A stretch of DNA of 64,000 bases, taken from NCBI GenBank assembly GCA_964016885.1, contig OZ024746.1, positions 3,472,001 to 3,536,000 of the forward strand, given 5' to 3'. The notes below the pieces were generated by a model. The model saw only the letters and a list, made by a program, of their open reading frames with translations. It ran no database searches and had not been told where the DNA came from. A program made the position numbers and the translations under genes. Shown here piece after piece: positions 59,116 to 64,000 of this stretch. Numbering within the stretch: position 1 is the stretch's first letter; each line of letters begins with the position of its first letter. This DNA comes from Eledone cirrhosa. Taxonomy: Eukaryota.

Positions 59116-59682
59116 TCATCAATTCTATCTTTTTAAAGTCCAATCACTTTATTTCTTATTCTTTTATTTCATGAACTTTCTTTTCTTTCAGTATTTATTT
59201 TCTTTTACATATTAATTCATATATTTATTTATTTTCTTTCTCATCGTCTGCTACTATTTTCTGCCCCCCCCCCCCCAATTCCTACCTTTGCTTCTGTTGT
59301 ACACTCCACACACACACACATACATACGTACATAGATACACACACACATCTATATAAACCAAGGAAGACATCTGAGAGAAAGGTGTGTTATAAATGACCT
59401 TAGGTGTGTACTAATGTCTAAATAGTTGATTTACCTGACACGCCTAGAGACAGCAAGGTAATGATAGACACAAACCAGACTAACACACACACACTCACAC
59501 ATGCCCATGAATACAAGCATTCACATACCCACATTCACAAGCAGACGTACACCTGATCCCGCTTCCACACATGCGCGCCCACACACATACACACATACAC
59601 ACATACACGTACACACTGACATGTTTACCTGCATGTGTGGTAAACTTGAATCGTTAGGATAGCAGATAACTAGCCGAATGGT

Positions 59683-60523
59683 TAGTAGAATAAACCATAC
59701 CATTGTTGGTTAGTAGGTTATAGTAGGGACCAAGACAGCGGGGGTTTAGTAGAATAAACCATACTATTGTTGATTAGTAGGTTATAGTAGGGACCAAGAC
59801 AGCGGGGGTTTAGTAGAATAAACCATACCATTGTTGGTTAGTAGGTTATAGTAGGGACCAAGACAGCGGGGGTTTAGTAGAATAAACCATACTATTGTTG
59901 GTTAGTAGGTTATAGTAGGGACCAAGACAGCGGGGGTTTAGTAGAATAAACCATACCATTGTTGGTTAGTAGGTTATAGTAGGGACCAAGACAGCGGGGG
60001 TTTAGTAGAATAAACCATACCATTGTTGGTTAGTAGGTTATAGTAGGGACCAAGACAGCGGGGGTTTAGTAGAATAAACCATACTATTGTTGGTTAGTAG
60101 GTTATAGTAGGGACCAAGACAGCGGGGGTTTAGTAGAATAAACCATACCATTGTTGGTTAGTAGGTTATAGTAGGGACCAAGACAGCGGGGGTTTAGTAG
60201 AATAAACCATACCATTGTTGGTTAGTAGGTTATAGTAGGGACCAAGACAGCGGGGGTTTAGTAGAATAAACCATACTATTGTTGGTTAGTAGGTTATAGT
60301 AGGGACCAAGACAGCGGGGGTTTAGTAGAATAAACCATACCATTGTTGGTTAGTAGGTTATAGTAGGGACCAAGACAGCGGGGGTTTAGTAGAATAAACC
60401 ATACCATTGTTGGTTAGTAGGTTATAGTAGGGACCAAGACAGCGGGGGTTTAGTAGAATAAACCATACTATTGTTGGTTAGTAGGTTATAGTAGGGACCA
60501 AGACAGCGGGGGTTTAGTAGAAT
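59683..60523. repeat. 64-bp minisatellite x13
   Basis: TAGTAGAATAAACCATAC(C/T)ATTGTTGGTTAGTAGGTTATAGTAGGGACCAAGACAGCGGGGGTT. Confidence 0.97.
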
Positions 60524-60699
60524 TGTTAGACAGTCGGTATTTATTCCGGTACTTTGTTTTGAGTCTCGCCTCGACCAGCTTTGCCTTTCATATTTCTCAA
60601 GGCTTCACATTCGGCAAATCGACATCATTACAAAGCTGGTACTTTATTTTATCGACCTCAGATATAGTATAGAAAGGTAATGTTAGATACAATCCAGAC

Positions 60700-60807
<108 letters not shown>

Positions 60808-61261
60808 CTACAATCACACTGTTATAAACAAGCATTCACAAACTGATTTGAATTCTTAATATCTCGATCTGTCGTCCCTTGCACACAAATATATTGTGGC
60901 ATTTTAGTTAGTTTTCTATTAGACATAGCAGAAGCTTAGTGACACATCTAAACATTTTATTCAACTAAAGTATGTTGAACTTCAAATAATTATGAGGCCA
61001 GTGACATATTTTCTGGAAACAAACGAATTCCCAAATAACAGTTATTTACTTATTGTACTAACATACATAGAAATATCTTGTGCGTGATTCTTACAATGAT
61101 TTTTATTTTATCATAAATTTCCACATTATGTTATTATTAGTGTTTTTATTTATTTTTCTCGAATGGTTTCCATGTGATACTCGTGAATGTTGGTATGAAA
61201 ATATAGTTTCTTTGTTTAGAGAAGTTTGGAAGTATTATTGCGTCAGAGATGGAGAACCTGC

Positions 61262-63027
61262 GGCCTTCTACGCTGTTCTATGAGGTCTTCTATGCTGTTC
61301 TATGAGGTCTTCTACGCTGTTCTATGAGGTCTTCTATGCTGTTCTATGAGGTCTTCTATGCTATTCTATGAGGTCTTCTATGCTATTCTATGAGGTCTTC
61401 TATGCTATTCTATGAGGTCTTCTATGCTGTTCTATGAGGTCTTCTATGCTATTCTATGAGGTCTTCTATGCTGTTCTATGAGGTCTTCTATGCTATTCTA
61501 TGAGGTCTTCTATGCTATTCTATGAGGTCTTCTATGCTGTTCTATGAGGTCTTCTATGCTATTCTATGAGGTCTTCTATGCTGTTCTATGGGGTCTTCTA
61601 TGCTGTTCTATGAGGTCTTCTATGCTGTTCTATGGGGTCTTCTATGCTATTCTATGAGGTCTTCTATGCTGTTCTATGAGGTCTTCTATGCTATTCTATG
61701 AGGTCTTCTATGCTGTTCTATGAGGTCTTCTATGCTATTCTATGAGGTCTTCTATGCTGTTCTATGAGGTCTTCTATGCTGTTCTATGAGGTCTTCTATG
61801 CTGTTCTATGAGGTCTTCTATGCTGTTCTATGAGGTCTTCTATGCTATTCTATGAGGTCTTCTATGCTGTTCTATGAGGTCTTCTATGCTATTCTATGAG
61901 GTCTTCTATGCTATTCTATGAGGTCTTCTATGCTATTCTATGGGGTCTTCTATGCTATTCTATGAGGTCTTCTATGCTGTTCTATGAGGTCTTCTATGCT
62001 ATTCTATGAGGTCTTCTATGCTGTTCTATGAGGTCTTCTATGCTATTCTATGAGGTCTTCTATGCTGTTCTATGAGGTCTTCTATGCTGTTCTATGAGGT
62101 CTTCTATGCTATTCTATGAGGTCTTCTATGCTGTTCTATGAGGTCTTCTATGCTGTTCTATGAGGTCTTCTATGCTATTCTATGAGGTCTTCTATGCTGT
62201 TCTATGAGGTCTTCTATGCTGTTCTATGAGGTCTTCTATGCTATTCTATGAGGTCTTCTATGCTGTTCTATGAGGTCTTCTATGCTATTCTATGAGGTCT
62301 TCTATGCTGTTCTATGAGGTCTTCTATGCTGTTCTATGAGGTCTTCTATGCTATTCTATGAGGTCTTCTATGCTGTTCTATGAGGTCTTCTATGCTGTTC
62401 TATGAGGTCTTCTATGCTGTTCTATGAGGTCTTCTATGCTGTTCTATGAGGTCTTCTATGCTGTTCTATGAGGTCTTCTATGCTATTCTATGAGGTCTTC
62501 TATGCTGTTCTATGAGGTCTTCTATGCTGTTCTATGAGGTCTTCTATGCTATTCTATGAGGTCTTCTATGCTGTTCTATGAGGTCTTCTATGCTGTTCTA
62601 TGAGGTCTTCTATGCTATTCTATGAGGTCTTCTATGCTGTTCTATGAGGTCTTCTATGCTGTTCTATGAGGTCTTCTATGCTATTCTATGAGGTCTTCTA
62701 TGCTGTTCTATGAGGTCTTCTATGCTATTCTATGAGGTCTTCTATGCTGTTCTATGAGGTCTTCTATGCTATTCTATGAGGTCTTCTATGCTATTCTATG
62801 AGGTCTTCTATGCTGTTCTATGAGGTCTTCTATGCTATTCTATGAGGTCTTCTATGCTATTCTATGAGGTCTTCTATGCTATTCTATGAGGTCTTCTATG
62901 CTGTTCTATGAGGTCTTCTATGCTATTCTATGAGGTCTTCTATGCTATTCTATGAGGTCTTCTATGCTATTCTATGAGGTCTTCTATGCTGTTCTATGAG
63001 GTCTTCTATGCTATTCTATGAGGCCTT
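61262..63027. repeat. 22-bp minisatellite, about 80 units
   Basis: GGTCTTCTATGCT(G/A)TTCTATGA. Confidence 0.97.
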
Positions 63028-63689
63028 TTGAAAGAATAAAAATTTCCCAACAAATTTTCAATTTTTATTAATATGTTTTTGTCTATCTCTTATGATTTTA
63101 ATTGAAACCAGTTATTGCTGCCAATCTATATTCTCCTAACCAATATCAAGACATCTTTGTGATCACATCTAGCAGATGTCCCTCTAGAAGTCCAGTTGAA
63201 ACTTCGGACGTCCATGTTGCAACCAAATATCAAAATACTTTCTTACAACAGTCACAACAAAGTCATTAAAAGGTAGTTAGCTTTAAAATTAAATTGTTTC
63301 ATTTTTTTATAGATAATTACTACATAGTAATTAGATCTTTACAAAATAATGTAGATTTTAATAATATATAATTATGGTTTCTTGAATGTGGCCTCATTAT
63401 ATTACAAGTGACTTAATGTGGCCTTTCAACATGCACACACACACGCACACATATTCTGACTATTTAAAGATAGATGTCAGGGCTATTTAAGAATTAAGAG
63501 TCTTGTTTAAGATCACTAGATAAAGGTTAAGAAACGTTTAGTCAGTCCGTGGAAATCAAGCATCATATATTAAACGCTTTTCTTTGTATTTACAAGGAGA
63601 AGCAAAACATGTCACAATTTTAGAAAAGTCAGAGTTCACTGGACTACTCTTAACATTTCGTCACTATCGCATGAAATGCCTTGAGATAT

Positions 63690-64000
63690 GTACTCTTGGG
63701 TCTCCAATAATCACCCCACCCCTCGCTTATTAAGTTTTCAGATTATTTCCGCTCCCCTGCTCATATTCCATCCCACCTGCTTATTAAATTTTTCTATTCT
63801 ATCTTCGGCGAAATTTTATTTTAAGTAGTAGAATATACTTTATACATTAAAAAACATTATACACGACAAAAAAAAAGACATTACTAGAAATCCCATGTTA
63901 TAAAATAAATAGGATAGGTTGGGGTCTCAATATGTAAACTAAAACGACTAATTCTGGTTTTTAAAAAATCTATGGGGACAACCTAGAAAAATTACCGACC
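63690..64000. repeat. Dispersed repeat (probable DNA-transposon derivative)
   Basis: Homologous to about 24620-25050 and 26710-27130 (GGCGAAATTTTATTTTAAGT...GACTAATTCTGGTTTTTAAAAAATC). Confidence 0.65.

Noticed and set aside
58039-59215. Long Leu/Ser, Cys/Val and His/Thr ORFs (also 35057-35428, 43870-44094, 52199-52610, 55914-57395)
   Set aside because: These are microsatellite translations.

Overview
Eukaryotic, AT-rich, microsatellite- and SINE-dense animal DNA. The repeat style suggests an octopod cephalopod (inference only). Two spliced genes lie tail-to-tail. (1) ALG12 alpha-1,6-mannosyltransferase on +: 9 coding exons, 13144-30812, 491 aa, with a U12-type intron at 24576-26211. (2) An adhesion GPCR on - (HormR-GAIN/GPS-7TM): 11 exons found, 35760-54873, N-terminus not located. 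The rest is repeats: a 10.2-kb 51-bp satellite with higher-order structure, 64-bp and 22-bp arrays, RTE, Vingi-like, Tx1-like and RLE-type LINE remnants, tRNA-SINEs, mariner and piggyBac MITEs and a Helitron. Two signals stand out. First, roughly ten hammerhead-ribozyme motifs or half-motifs, mostly inside long fold-back inverted repeats (Penelope-like pseudo-LTR architecture), sit in introns of both genes. Second, minisatellites have repeatedly arisen from inside mobile elements. Almost all long ORFs in the supplied track are repeat artefacts. All calls were made by eye, without database searches.
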